The position numbers were made by a program, and so were the translations under genes. Positions 54,168 through 63,724 of a DNA stretch of 64,000 bases are shown here, in pieces. The stretch is taken from positions 1 to 64,000 of the IMG/VR virus record IMGVR_UViG_3300038463_000730; one strand, written 5' to 3'. The notes beneath the pieces were generated by a model that saw only the letters and a list, made by a program, of their open reading frames with translations, ran no database searches and was not told the DNA's origin. Every line of letters starts with the position of its first letter. Within the stretch, counting starts at the first letter, position 1.

Positions 54168-54689
54168 ATGAGCGACTGGAATCCTCCGACATATCGGTTC
54201 GCCTTACGTGAAGGTCTTAAGGACGAGAAGATTTTCCTTCCCCGAAAAGGGGAGCCGTTGGCTACAGGGTGGGATGTTCGGGCTGCTTTTAAGTTTCCTA
54301 CAGGGGAAACAGATCGGGAACCGCTTAAACTGCGCCCGGGACAGTTCTTTAAGATACCGCTCGGATTCCGAGTCTTTTGCCCACCGGGCTGGTGGTACAG
54401 CCTTCACCCTCGATCTAGTTCGTTCATTAAGAAGTCGATGCACTGTCTTATCGGAGTGATTGATGAGACGTATCCTGACGAACTTGTTTTCGCTGGTCAA
54501 TATATTCCGGATGTCAGTTCGTTAGGAAACGATCTAGTTATTAACTTCGGGGATGCGATCGGGCAAATCATTCCGGTGCGCAGACAAGAAATGGTGATCG
54601 AGGAAATCTCGAACGAAACGATGGAGCAGATGCTCGTCAACAGAAATGCCGTACGCCAGGGCGGGATCGGCTCGACGGATAAGAAATGA
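54168..54689 (+). CDS. dut: dUTPase (trimeric type)
   Basis: ATGWDV, PLG, PRSS, GVIDETY, QII, C-terminal RQGGIGSTD. Confidence 0.9.
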   Translation: MSDWNPPTYRFALREGLKDEKIFLPRKGEPLATGWDVRAAFKFPTGETDREPLKLRPGQFFKIPLGFRVFCPPGWWYSLHPRSSSFIKKSMHCLIGVIDETYPDELVFAGQYIPDVSSLGNDLVINFGDAIGQIIPVRRQEMVIEEISNETMEQMLVNRNAVRQGGIGSTDKK

Positions 54690-54967
54690 ATAAGACTGGA
54701 AACTTCGAAACTACAGATGAAAAGGTGTCAGAGGCCAAGCAAAAACCTTTGCACGTTTACGAAATAAAGATCGAGGCAGATGTTCCGTCGATCTTGACGT
54801 ACCGAATTACCGCCGAGTCGCCAGAGAAAGCGCTTGAACGAGCGCTCAAAAGCCAACCTTCGGGGGTTCGACCGAATCTTGCGCGTAGACGGAACCTCAA
54901 AGCCTCGGTTGTTGAAGCCGGTACTTCAATCATTCGGCTTGTGCGTGACCTTAAGAAATCTTGGTGA
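54686..54967 (+). CDS. hypothetical protein
   Basis: 93 aa ORF. Confidence 0.65.
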   Translation: MNKTGNFETTDEKVSEAKQKPLHVYEIKIEADVPSILTYRITAESPEKALERALKSQPSGVRPNLARRRNLKASVVEAGTSIIRLVRDLKKSW

Positions 54968-54973
54968 GGCCTG

Positions 54974-55615
54974 ATGTCAGACATTGAATTCTATATTCTC
55001 GACACTGAAACGAACGGACTTAGAGTAAACTATCACGAGTTGACACAAATCTGTGTCATTCGACGACGTGATCGAATGCGTTATGATTGCACGATTCGTG
55101 CGTTATTCCCCCAGCGTTCGGAGCCGATGGCGCTAAGGATCACAGGTAAAACGCATGACGACCTCCGCAAAGGTGTCGAGCAGATCGAAGCAGTCGATAC
55201 CTTCGAAAAGTTTCTAGCAACGGATGGTTCGAAACCCTCACACCGATGCATCGTCGCTCATAACCGATCATTCGATCAACGCTTCATGCATGCACTATGG
55301 ATTCAACATAAACGGGATTTTCCAGCGGATTTGTGGGTCGATACGATTCCAATGTTCAAATCGTGGGCAAAGAAACAAGGGATGGTTAAACCATCGGCCA
55401 AGCTAGAAGCCGTAGCGGCAGCGATCGGAGCACGTAAGGTTCCGGGCCTGCACAATGCTGTTGATGATTCGAAGAACCTTTACTTCATCTTTCAAAAACT
55501 AGAAGAGCTTGGCGAAGATTTTTTGAGCTTTGCAAAACTGATCCCTTGTCGTTCATCCATCTCTAAAGGAGATGAGGAGAACGATCTGATGAAAGAAGCT
55601 GCCGAGGATGAATAA
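54974..55615 (+). CDS. DEDDh 3'-5' exonuclease (Pol III epsilon-like)
   Basis: LDTETNG, VAHNRSFD, WVDT, HNAVDD. Confidence 0.9.
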   Translation: MSDIEFYILDTETNGLRVNYHELTQICVIRRRDRMRYDCTIRALFPQRSEPMALRITGKTHDDLRKGVEQIEAVDTFEKFLATDGSKPSHRCIVAHNRSFDQRFMHALWIQHKRDFPADLWVDTIPMFKSWAKKQGMVKPSAKLEAVAAAIGARKVPGLHNAVDDSKNLYFIFQKLEELGEDFLSFAKLIPCRSSISKGDEENDLMKEAAEDE

Positions 55616-56009
55616 CGTATTCTGGGTTTCGCTTATCTATACATGTTTTTGGGTCGTGATGATCTTCGTTACGAAGATCGCAATGCAATCTTTCAAGATT
55701 AAGGTCTCGTTCAAGAGTGTCGTGGCGATCATTGTTCAGAACGTCATGACCGCTTTTGGCTGGGTCGTACTGGTAGCGTTGATCAAAACGTATGCGCTGG
55801 CTGCCTGTATTAACGCGGCCTATTTCATTACGAAAGAGTTGCTTTTTACCAAAGCATACCAGAAGCAAACGACCTCTGCCATGATCGGCACACTGACAAT
55901 TGCTTGGCTTTTCTGGCCCCAGTATTTGGGGTTCAATCTATTCTCATCTTTTCATACGAAAGAATTTGACGCAGTTCGGACTGCGGCCCAGTCCGGATCG
56001 GATGAATAA
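55608..56009 (+). CDS. multi-pass membrane protein
   Basis: Several hydrophobic segments. Confidence 0.65.
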   Translation: MNNVFWVSLIYTCFWVVMIFVTKIAMQSFKIKVSFKSVVAIIVQNVMTAFGWVVLVALIKTYALAACINAAYFITKELLFTKAYQKQTTSAMIGTLTIAWLFWPQYLGFNLFSSFHTKEFDAVRTAAQSGSDE

Positions 56010-56718
56010 GGTCGGGATAGATAAGTTTTACGATCGACATCGTGGCTACGTCAATGTCACAGCGGGCTATCTCAGTGAAAAACGTATTCCGTTTATTCTC
56101 AAGTCTTGTAGATTGCGGCCTTATGCTTCTCTTAGTGCTCCTCTACCAACTACTCCGCAACTCGAAAGGTGGTGGGTGGATGAATTCGGTAATTCGTTTA
56201 TGGTTGGTAAGAATAAGCGAGTATCGCTCCGATACGGAGATTTGAAAATTGAGCGCTCCAAGCTACAGACTACAGATCTATACGCGAATGTCAGCATTAG
56301 AGACCTATACACGATCAGTAGGTTTCTTTACATATGTGTGGCTGAGTTTGACGTGGTCAGAGATGCGTTGGTTCAAACGATTCCATCGCCAGTTACTTCA
56401 GGAAATGGGCAAGGCAATAACCTGATATATATTTTGAGCTTCCTTGGTCGGGATAATTTTTTTCGAACCAGACTCCTATACCGGGACCAGGAAGACAAGA
56501 TTTCTACGTTGTATCTAGGCTACAAACTTCTGAAGATGATCGCTACTTACACAGACATTCGTTACTATCACAAGTTGACTGCTAGATCTATACTACCGAA
56601 CCTCCCGCTGGTGAATGTGCGCCAGTGGGTTTCTTTTTTACCATCACATACCAAGTTGGCATCTGAAATAGAATCCGAGTGCCCGCTTGCAACAAAAATC
56701 ATCGGGTTGGAGAAATAA
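55900..56718 (+). CDS. hypothetical protein
   Basis: 272 aa ORF; true start probably near 56002. Confidence 0.65.
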   Translation: MLGFSGPSIWGSIYSHLFIRKNLTQFGLRPSPDRMNKVGIDKFYDRHRGYVNVTAGYLSEKRIPFILKSCRLRPYASLSAPLPTTPQLERWWVDEFGNSFMVGKNKRVSLRYGDLKIERSKLQTTDLYANVSIRDLYTISRFLYICVAEFDVVRDALVQTIPSPVTSGNGQGNNLIYILSFLGRDNFFRTRLLYRDQEDKISTLYLGYKLLKMIATYTDIRYYHKLTARSILPNLPLVNVRQWVSFLPSHTKLASEIESECPLATKIIGLEK

Positions 56719-56724
56719 CAGATA

Positions 56725-56949
56725 ATGGTTTCGAACAAGCGTGATCGATTGGAATTTGAAGGCGAAGTGGTTGAGGAGAACAAGGGCAAATTCCTTGTGA
56801 AGGTTACGGAGACCCACTCCGTGCGTTGCACTCTGGCCGGGAAGGTCCGTCAGAATCAGGTGCATATCCTACCCGGTGACAAAGTAAAGATTGAAGTTAG
56901 TCTTTACGATACGACTCAGGGTCGTATCACGTTCCGTATGAAGAAGTAA
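56725..56949 (+). CDS. infA: translation initiation factor IF-1
   Basis: LEFEGEVVE...F.V...CTLAGKVRQN.VHILPGDKVKIEVS.YD...GRITFR. Confidence 0.92.
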   Translation: MVSNKRDRLEFEGEVVEENKGKFLVKVTETHSVRCTLAGKVRQNQVHILPGDKVKIEVSLYDTTQGRITFRMKK

Positions 56950-56955
56950 AACCGA

Positions 56956-57096
56956 ATGTCAAGCTGGTCGAAGCTGCGAAAGTTTACTTTCGTCGAGATA
57001 GATCTGTGCAAGAAGTGCTACCGCGCTATCTTCGTCCATGCGTCAGACGAAATGGATGCGCGGAACCAACTTAAGGTATCGTGGGCTGTGGATTGA
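56956..57096 (+). CDS. small protein with CxxC (not in ORF track)
   Basis: Hand-translated 46 aa MSSWSKLRKFTFVEIDLCKKCY... Confidence 0.4.
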   Translation: MSSWSKLRKFTFVEIDLCKKCYRAIFVHASDEMDARNQLKVSWAVD

Positions 57097-57116
57097 TCAA
57101 TGTTTCCACCTCGAAA

Positions 57117-57150
57117 GCAAAAAAGCGCGGATACAAATACGCGCTTTTGC
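57117..57150. terminator. hairpin between convergent genes, possible bidirectional terminator
   Basis: GCAAAAAAGCGCG...CGCGCTTTTGC. Confidence 0.55.
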
Positions 57151-57237
57151 GAACACAAGTTGAACTTGATAATCTGCTAGACCGATTCTTGTTGACCAAG
57201 AAAGATCTTGATATTCTGATTAACCTATCGTATTAGT

Positions 57238-58047
57238 TTATGGAACGAGCGCTTCGACCCGCGTCGGAACCCATAAGTCGTTGGTCATATCGGCAGCAAT
57301 ATAGGCCGAACTAAACCATGCGTGTCCTGGGTAGTTCGTATCTCCCCATCCCGTTCCCCACGAATTACGAACGAGGAACTGAATGTCCGGGTTACGACGA
57401 ACACCAACGATGCACTGCGCGTGGCCACCGGCCGGATTGGTTGGTGGTTGCCACACATTCGTGCCACCGGTCCAGCTTTCATACTGTTGCGAAACCTGAG
57501 TTCCGAACACGACCGGGTGATTGGCGCGAATCGCCATTTCAACATCGGCAATTCTCTGGTCACCGGTTGAGTCGATTCGGTAGAAGTTCGACAATGGAAC
57601 TTCGTTATCGCTGGCTACTTTGTAAGCCTGTGTTGGTGGTTGGGTAAATACAGCAGCTTCGACATACGGCCACTCCGACTCCGGACAAATACCGAAGCGC
57701 ATTAGAGAGTCAAAAGCATTGTGAATGAATGTGCCCTGGTCTACATTCGTATCATGATCGTATGAACGAGCATTCCAATAAACGAACAAACGTGACAACG
57801 GTGTAATCGTTACGCCTTCGACACCCTGTAGAATCTCCAACGCGCCACATGTTGAGTTGGCAACACACGAGCCGAGCTGACCCTGATCAAAACATGGAAC
57901 CTTTTCAGAGATGATGTACGGGTTGGCTGCTGGAGTCGCGGCCATCCTAGCAAACGCGAGCTTCGTCATGCCGCCGCGCATGACTGAGAATTTGTTGTAA
58001 GGAACCCAGCTTGGTGTTGGTCGGTATCCATTGATATTGTAAGGCAT
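57238..58047 (-). CDS. papain-like C1 family cysteine peptidase
   Basis: DQGQLGSCVAN, GGHA, VRNSWGTGWGD. Confidence 0.9.
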   Translation of the reverse strand: MPYNINGYRPTPSWVPYNKFSVMRGGMTKLAFARMAATPAANPYIISEKVPCFDQGQLGSCVANSTCGALEILQGVEGVTITPLSRLFVYWNARSYDHDTNVDQGTFIHNAFDSLMRFGICPESEWPYVEAAVFTQPPTQAYKVASDNEVPLSNFYRIDSTGDQRIADVEMAIRANHPVVFGTQVSQQYESWTGGTNVWQPPTNPAGGHAQCIVGVRRNPDIQFLVRNSWGTGWGDTNYPGHAWFSSAYIAADMTNDLWVPTRVEALVP

Positions 58048-58059
58048 CGTATCCCCTAG

Positions 58060-58368
58060 TTACTTAGTTGGTTTGTTACAAAGATTTGCCGATTCACAAT
58101 CCGTGATTCCGGCGAGACATTTCGGATCGATTTCGATGCCGTTGTTTTGCGTCTGACGACAAAAATCTCCGAATGACAGGCCCTTCGCGGTTGGCTGACC
58201 CAACGCGCAATTGAGCTTCAATAGGTTCTTTTGGGCCGCATCACAGGAATCTGTATCGGTTACGAGCGGCGTCGGATGTGGCGGCGCATACGAACTACCG
58301 CAATGAATCGATGACAACGCAATCGAGCCAACAATCACAACGAATATCCCTTTAAGTAGTTTACTCAT
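58060..58368 (-). CDS. secreted/lipoprotein, Cys-rich
   Basis: Signal peptide ending IHC; five further Cys residues. Confidence 0.65.
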   Translation of the reverse strand: MSKLLKGIFVVIVGSIALSSIHCGSSYAPPHPTPLVTDTDSCDAAQKNLLKLNCALGQPTAKGLSFGDFCRQTQNNGIEIDPKCLAGITDCESANLCNKPTK

Positions 58369-58440
58369 AACAATAAGATGTATGAAAAATGATAGAAGGA
58401 TCAGGTGTCGATATCCTGCTTGTTTTACCCTTCGAACGAT

Positions 58441-59451
58441 ATGCTTCCTCTGATTAAAGAAGGGCTTACGTTCGATGATGTTCTGTTGGTACCGAGGCAT
58501 TCGAAAGTGAAAAGCCGATCGGATATCAAACTGAACGTGAATCTGTCCGGTTTCAGATTCAACACGCCAATCATCCCGGCAAACATGAAGAGTGTTTCGG
58601 GAGAAGCGATGCTCCACACCATGCAAGCTCGTGGAGGAATGGGACTACTTCACCGGTTCATGCCATTCGGCGAACAACTAACGATCATGAGTCAACCGAA
58701 TGTATTGTTCGGTCACGTTGGTGTTTCACTAGGTGTGAATGAAATCGACCTGATTCACCTGGAACAGTTCTATAAGATCGGTGTTCGGATCTTCTGTATC
58801 GACGTTGCTCATGGCGACTCGGATGCTTGTATCGAGATGACTAAGGCGGTCGCGGCCAAAACCGGAACATTGGTCATCTCAGGTAATGTAGCGACAGGAG
58901 ACGGAGCGAGCCGTTTGTGGGCGGCTGGTGCGGATGTTGTAAAGGTTGGGGTCGGACCAGGAAGCCTTTGTACGACCCGGATTGAGACCGGAAACGGTGT
59001 CCCGCAACTTACTGCATTGATGGAAATAGCGGCGGTTCGCGACCACATGAATTACAAAGGTCGTAAATTCATCATCGCGGATGGCGGTATCAAAAACGCT
59101 GGCGATTGTGTCAAGGCTCTCTGTTTCTCAGATATGGTGATGGTCGGTAATCTGCTGGCTGGAACAGACGAGACGCCTGGCGACTTCATCAAACTTACCG
59201 GCGCAAACTACAAACGATATGATGGTAGCTCGACGCACAAAACTAATCGTGTTGAGGGCGTTACAGCCCTTGTTCCATCGAAGGGTCCGGTGGAACATAT
59301 TCTTACCAAATTGGAAGAAGGAATACAGTCAGGATGTTCCTACCAAGGCGCGAGTAATCTAGCCGAGCTGAAACTGTACGTACATATGATTCGCATTACC
59401 AATGCTGGGCTGCAAGAGAGTCATCCTCATGATGTGGCGGTCATCAAATGA
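58441..59451 (+). CDS. IMP dehydrogenase / GMP reductase family protein (no CBS subdomain)
   Basis: [41 protein letters not shown]. Confidence 0.9.
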   Translation: MLPLIKEGLTFDDVLLVPRHSKVKSRSDIKLNVNLSGFRFNTPIIPANMKSVSGEAMLHTMQARGGMGLLHRFMPFGEQLTIMSQPNVLFGHVGVSLGVNEIDLIHLEQFYKIGVRIFCIDVAHGDSDACIEMTKAVAAKTGTLVISGNVATGDGASRLWAAGADVVKVGVGPGSLCTTRIETGNGVPQLTALMEIAAVRDHMNYKGRKFIIADGGIKNAGDCVKALCFSDMVMVGNLLAGTDETPGDFIKLTGANYKRYDGSSTHKTNRVEGVTALVPSKGPVEHILTKLEEGIQSGCSYQGASNLAELKLYVHMIRITNAGLQESHPHDVAVIK

Positions 59452-59834
59452 AGGTTATTGATCCGGGACACGAGTATGAGTTGAAAACGTTGGATGTTCC
59501 TGAGAACACGATCTCAGATCCGCTTTTAATAGCGTTTGTTAAACGCACCGGGGATAACTATCCCGGCAACATCGAGCCTGCTCATTCCGGAACGACTTCG
59601 CAAGAAGTCATGCGCATGTTGATTGAACGGGCAAAATACGTCAACCATCAGAAACCGCACGAAGCTAATGAGCTTATCATCAAGCATCTGCGCGACTGCA
59701 TTTGGATGTTGGAAGAACGAGCTGCTCAACAACACAATCGCAAACTGCCAGAGCGGCACACGGTTCGATATGCAATCGAGTATATTGAAACGTGTCCACA
59801 GTGTGGCCACATCTACTGTGAGCATGCGGAGTGA
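59448..59834 (+). CDS. conserved phage hypothetical protein
   Basis: FVKR.G..YPGN...GTTSQEV.R.LI.R pattern; CPQC near the end. Confidence 0.65.
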   Translation: MKVIDPGHEYELKTLDVPENTISDPLLIAFVKRTGDNYPGNIEPAHSGTTSQEVMRMLIERAKYVNHQKPHEANELIIKHLRDCIWMLEERAAQQHNRKLPERHTVRYAIEYIETCPQCGHIYCEHAE

Positions 59835-59969
59835 GACAGCATTTCATTATCATTCAGCTGATCATTCTGACTCTGATGGTTGCTAAAACAGAGTTCAGCT
59901 CTGACTACGGACTAGGTCAGAAGGTCAGTACTACTATATGTGCTTTGTTCATCTTCCATGCACTGATTT

Positions 59970-60347
59970 ATGTGTTCCATAAAATCAACTATGAACCTAT
60001 CAAAAGAAACGATCGATATCGGCATCCATCGCGGGAAGAGAATTATCGAAGGAGTTGGGCATCGGATTCCTTGGATTGAAGCGTATCAAGATGCTTTTCA
60101 GAAATACGAAGGCAATCAGGTACTAATCAACGGGTTATGCAAACATTGCTCACAGCGATTCAAAGTAGTTCATTGGGGTTCACAGGCCATAATCGTCTAC
60201 TATACCGATCGCTGGAACCAATTATGTAAGTTCGATTTGAACGAACGTTGGTTTTCGAATCGAACGGCAAACAAAAAAGAGGACCAAGAACGGATTCGGG
60301 CGTTGTTAAAAACAAACGTCTGTAGACGTCTTCAGGTCATGTTATAA
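59970..60347 (+). CDS. family A paralogue outside the main array
   Basis: GVGH...CKHC...CRRLQVML-stop. Confidence 0.8.
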   Translation: MCSIKSTMNLSKETIDIGIHRGKRIIEGVGHRIPWIEAYQDAFQKYEGNQVLINGLCKHCSQRFKVVHWGSQAIIVYYTDRWNQLCKFDLNERWFSNRTANKKEDQERIRALLKTNVCRRLQVML

Positions 60348-60515
60348 ATGGCCCGTTTATCGTGGTTTCGATACAGAATAACGATTATGAATAGTAAACG
60401 ACGTGTGGAGTACAACTATTTCTACGACCATTTGTATGAAGCACTGATTGCGATCGGGCTCTATGGAGCAATGGGTAATGTCATACGTATAGGTATGAAC
60501 AGAAATGAATACTGA
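60348..60515 (+). CDS. small protein, paralogue of downstream gene (not in ORF track)
   Basis: 55 aa; FYDHLYEALIAIGLYGAMG. Confidence 0.55.
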   Translation: MARLSWFRYRITIMNSKRRVEYNYFYDHLYEALIAIGLYGAMGNVIRIGMNRNEY

Positions 60516-60732
60516 GGCTATCACTAGGCTGCCTAGATTCGCAAGAATCACGGTCGAACATTGGCGTCGGTACGATGGTAGGCGGTTCAAATACCGAATC
60601 TGTTACTACAGTAATCAAGAAGATGATGGGGATGGTGGGTTTGTCGGATTGATCTATCAGAATTTGTTCGAGGCGCTTTTGGCCGTTGCGATCTTTGGAA
60701 TGTTCGGAAGGGTAAGAATAGGTAACAAATGA
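60505..60732 (+). CDS. small protein
   Basis: 75 aa; IYQNLFEALLAVAIFGMFG. Confidence 0.6.
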   Translation: MNTEAITRLPRFARITVEHWRRYDGRRFKYRICYYSNQEDDGDGGFVGLIYQNLFEALLAVAIFGMFGRVRIGNK

Positions 60733-61049
60733 ATATCAATGTCATTACTTCACGTATCATCTTGGCTTGTTTTGTTGGCCCGATGCTTTTCGCATTGGCA
60801 TGCGAGGATTCTCCCAAGACAACAGATGGAAAACCGAATCTGGATTGGGCCGGTGATGCTTCGAAAGAATGGGTGAAAGACGTAAAGACCGAAATCCGTG
60901 GCGTTAGCTGTATGTACCACAGCTCGTACGCACTCTGTGATCTTCTTTACCCGAGTGGTGCGACGGATCAGCTAAAATGTTATCCTGGAAAGAATGACGA
61001 GACGCCTCGTGGTTGTTTCCGTGTAGAACCGGTGAAGGCATCAGAATGA
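60729..61049 (+). CDS. predicted lipoprotein
   Basis: Signal peptide with ALAC lipobox. Confidence 0.6.
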   Translation: MNINVITSRIILACFVGPMLFALACEDSPKTTDGKPNLDWAGDASKEWVKDVKTEIRGVSCMYHSSYALCDLLYPSGATDQLKCYPGKNDETPRGCFRVEPVKASE

Positions 61050-61570
61050 GAATATTACTAGGATCGGAACTGGACGCGACGAACAAGTGGTTCGAAATGG
61101 TTCGTCAAGAAGCGATCAAATCACCCTGCAAACGAGCCAGATGTGGAACGGTGATCGCTCGGATGTATGGCGACGAAATTGCGCTCGGCTGGGGCTGGAA
61201 TCAACCGGCCGGTGGAGTCAATCCGCGTTGTGAAAACCTAGCTCTTCGATCAGGTTTCAAGTCAGACAAGACTTGCTGCATTCATGCCGAGCAAGTCGCG
61301 ATCATGCACGCTCTCTCCCGTGGGCGAGAGTATGATTCACATTATGCCAGACTCTATTTCGCACGAGTTGATGACGATGGTCAGCTGAAACCATCGGGAC
61401 AACCCTATTGCACGATCTGTAGCAAAATGGCTTTGCATGCTGGAATCAAAGAATGGTGTTTGATTCATAAAGCAGGCGTGACGGTTTACGATGCAACAGA
61501 ATACAATGAACTAAGTTATGATTACGGTGACCCGGTTACGACCGGCCCAATGGGAGCGTACAATGGCTAA
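61046..61570 (+). CDS. dCMP deaminase-like (cytidine deaminase fold)
   Basis: GWNQP, IHAEQ, PYCTICSK. Confidence 0.85.
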   Translation: MRILLGSELDATNKWFEMVRQEAIKSPCKRARCGTVIARMYGDEIALGWGWNQPAGGVNPRCENLALRSGFKSDKTCCIHAEQVAIMHALSRGREYDSHYARLYFARVDDDGQLKPSGQPYCTICSKMALHAGIKEWCLIHKAGVTVYDATEYNELSYDYGDPVTTGPMGAYNG

Positions 61571-62129
61571 ACGAATCAGCATGATTGCGGCAGTGGCTCA
61601 GAATGGTGTCATGGGGGACGCGGATACAAACAAGCTTCCGTGGCATTACCCCGAGGACTTCAAGCGTTTCAAGGCTGTTACGACAGCCGGATTCGAGCCA
61701 GAGGTTCAGGGCACGATCATCATGGGTCGTAAAACATGGGAATCGATCGGTTCGCGTCCGCTTCCGAAGCGTCGCAATATCATTGTGTCCAGCACAATGG
61801 GTCGCCTCGGTAATGACCCGGCCAAGCCGGATGTCGTCTACGTCAGTACGCTCGAAGACGCGATCGAGAACGGCACAGACAATATCTGGATCTGCGGAGG
61901 TTCGTCAGTTTACGAGCAATCGATGAAGTATGCCGGGTTGATCGACTTGACGATCGTTCCGGATGCTCCGCAGCTAAAGAATCCTGTGCGGTTTCCGTGG
62001 ATCAATCCTCTTCTGTTCAAGCTCGTGTCAGAAGAATCGACTTCATACACGAAAGGTGACATAACGGGTAAATTGATTCATGTACAGTATGAACGCATCG
62101 ACGATACATTGGAAGCGTTTACTCATTGA
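61563..62129 (+). CDS. folA: dihydrofolate reductase
   Basis: MIAAVAQNGVMG, LPW.YPED...F, IMGRKTWESI, PLPKRRNIIVS, ICGGSSVY. Confidence 0.92.
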   Translation: MAKRISMIAAVAQNGVMGDADTNKLPWHYPEDFKRFKAVTTAGFEPEVQGTIIMGRKTWESIGSRPLPKRRNIIVSSTMGRLGNDPAKPDVVYVSTLEDAIENGTDNIWICGGSSVYEQSMKYAGLIDLTIVPDAPQLKNPVRFPWINPLLFKLVSEESTSYTKGDITGKLIHVQYERIDDTLEAFTH

Positions 62130-62572
62130 GCACTGTGATGTTGATCGGCCAGGCTGCTGTTGGGTATGATACCGGCATGCTGACTATGAACGTGAAGCTA
62201 TGCTCAGTAATCATCGTGACCGATTCAATCTGTCAACTGATAGGTGAGCCGGATAACGTAACTATTCCAGGCCCACCGAGAACAATACTCGCTCATGGTG
62301 ATGGTGGCGTCATTGCTGCGTTCTACGATGACGGTAGATTAGAACTGGTCGATACAGCAAGAGAAACCGGGCTTGCTTTGTATCGGCTAACGAAACAATT
62401 CAAGATATCATCAATGAGTGAGAGCCCGGTTGTCATTCGTATCTCGATGGCTCAACACACCATCACGATCATGGATGACATGAAGCTAAGTTGGACTGGT
62501 AACCAATCTCTAGAGTTAAAACTAGTACAAGATTACATGAAGCATTTTGCTAACGCGGAGGTGATGGCATGA
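62126..62572 (+). CDS. hypothetical protein
   Basis: 148 aa ORF. Confidence 0.6.
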   Translation: MSTVMLIGQAAVGYDTGMLTMNVKLCSVIIVTDSICQLIGEPDNVTIPGPPRTILAHGDGGVIAAFYDDGRLELVDTARETGLALYRLTKQFKISSMSESPVVIRISMAQHTITIMDDMKLSWTGNQSLELKLVQDYMKHFANAEVMA

Positions 62573-63000
62573 GCGCAAGTGAAACAGATGCGGCAAACGA
62601 GGAAATCAAAGCTCTTCAGGCTCGGGTCATAGACTTGGAGACAAAGTATTCCTATGCGATCGAACAGATTCATGATCTAGGTGTTCGGTGCAAACTTAAC
62701 CGAGACAATGATCATCCTTCGTTCAAGATCGATCCTGAACATGTCTTCAAAGTAGAAGAGGCGCTTACGAAGATCTATAAGGGACCGACCAGCCCGTCTC
62801 GGTTCCGGCTTAGTCCAGAGGCCGAAGCGAAGGCCGGTGCATTCATTACGAAACATAACGAGTTGCACCGGGGTAAATACCAAGGCGCGATCGGCGGAGC
62901 GCTAACATTTACTTTCACCGATACAAGCATCGGCCAGATCCAAAACGTCGAATGCTATTGTGGCGATAAAGAGTGCATCAACGCCGATGAGGTATGGTAA
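62569..63000 (+). CDS. hypothetical protein
   Basis: 143 aa; GAIGG.LTFTF..TSIG...C.CG. Confidence 0.65.
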   Translation: MSASETDAANEEIKALQARVIDLETKYSYAIEQIHDLGVRCKLNRDNDHPSFKIDPEHVFKVEEALTKIYKGPTSPSRFRLSPEAEAKAGAFITKHNELHRGKYQGAIGGALTFTFTDTSIGQIQNVECYCGDKECINADEVW

Positions 63001-63299
63001 TGGCTGCTAGAAAAACAGCCAAGCCTGAGAAACGGTATGTTGTAATATGTATGCATGATGGTGGATTGCGCCAGGTCTATACACAGAAGTCTTACGATTA
63101 CGCTATCGCCATTGCCGGGCTCTATTGGATGAGCCGTGACCTGATGTTCGATCCGAATTCAAAAGAAGTATTTTTAGTGGACCCAAAATACTTCGATCCT
63201 GACGATCTCGTTCTAACTCGTAAGAGAGGCAAAATCGCTTACGTATCTTACAGCGATACTCAGATCTGGATTGTTCAGGAAGGTAACCACTGCCTATGA
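63000..63299 (+). CDS. hypothetical protein
   Basis: 99 aa ORF. Confidence 0.6.
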   Translation: MAARKTAKPEKRYVVICMHDGGLRQVYTQKSYDYAIAIAGLYWMSRDLMFDPNSKEVFLVDPKYFDPDDLVLTRKRGKIAYVSYSDTQIWIVQEGNHCL

Positions 63300-63724
63300 A
63301 GGCTACGTTTCATCCCAACGGTTTCTTCGTTCGTGTACTGCACCAGTTCAGTAACGGGATGCGACTTCGTCTACACACATGGCCCGCAGATCGCTCGGAC
63401 AGATCGGATCCACATGACCATCGCACGTGGTTCATATCACTCCCACTCTGTGGCAGATTCATTGAACATCGTTATCGGGAGGTTCCGGGCTCGATACCTA
63501 TTTACAAATGTCGCGTTACAACTGGAGCTGAACGATTGGATGTTCATCGTGATGGGCAGTCCGGTCTTGAACGTATCGAGACGAAAATTCGGTATCCCGG
63601 TATTCCGTATTATTGTTCGAAGGAAGTGATTCACTCGTACAGCCCAGCACGGAAGCGATTCGCTGCATCACTTGTGTTGTTTGGACCAACGATCGGAAAG
63701 ATACCGAAGGCTTGGATTATTTGA
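63296..63724 (+). CDS. cupin-like protein
   Basis: LRLHTW, PHDHRTWFISLPLCG.F.E, IHS: His-rich double-stranded beta-helix motifs. Confidence 0.65.
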   Translation: MKATFHPNGFFVRVLHQFSNGMRLRLHTWPADRSDRSDPHDHRTWFISLPLCGRFIEHRYREVPGSIPIYKCRVTTGAERLDVHRDGQSGLERIETKIRYPGIPYYCSKEVIHSYSPARKRFAASLVLFGPTIGKIPKAWII

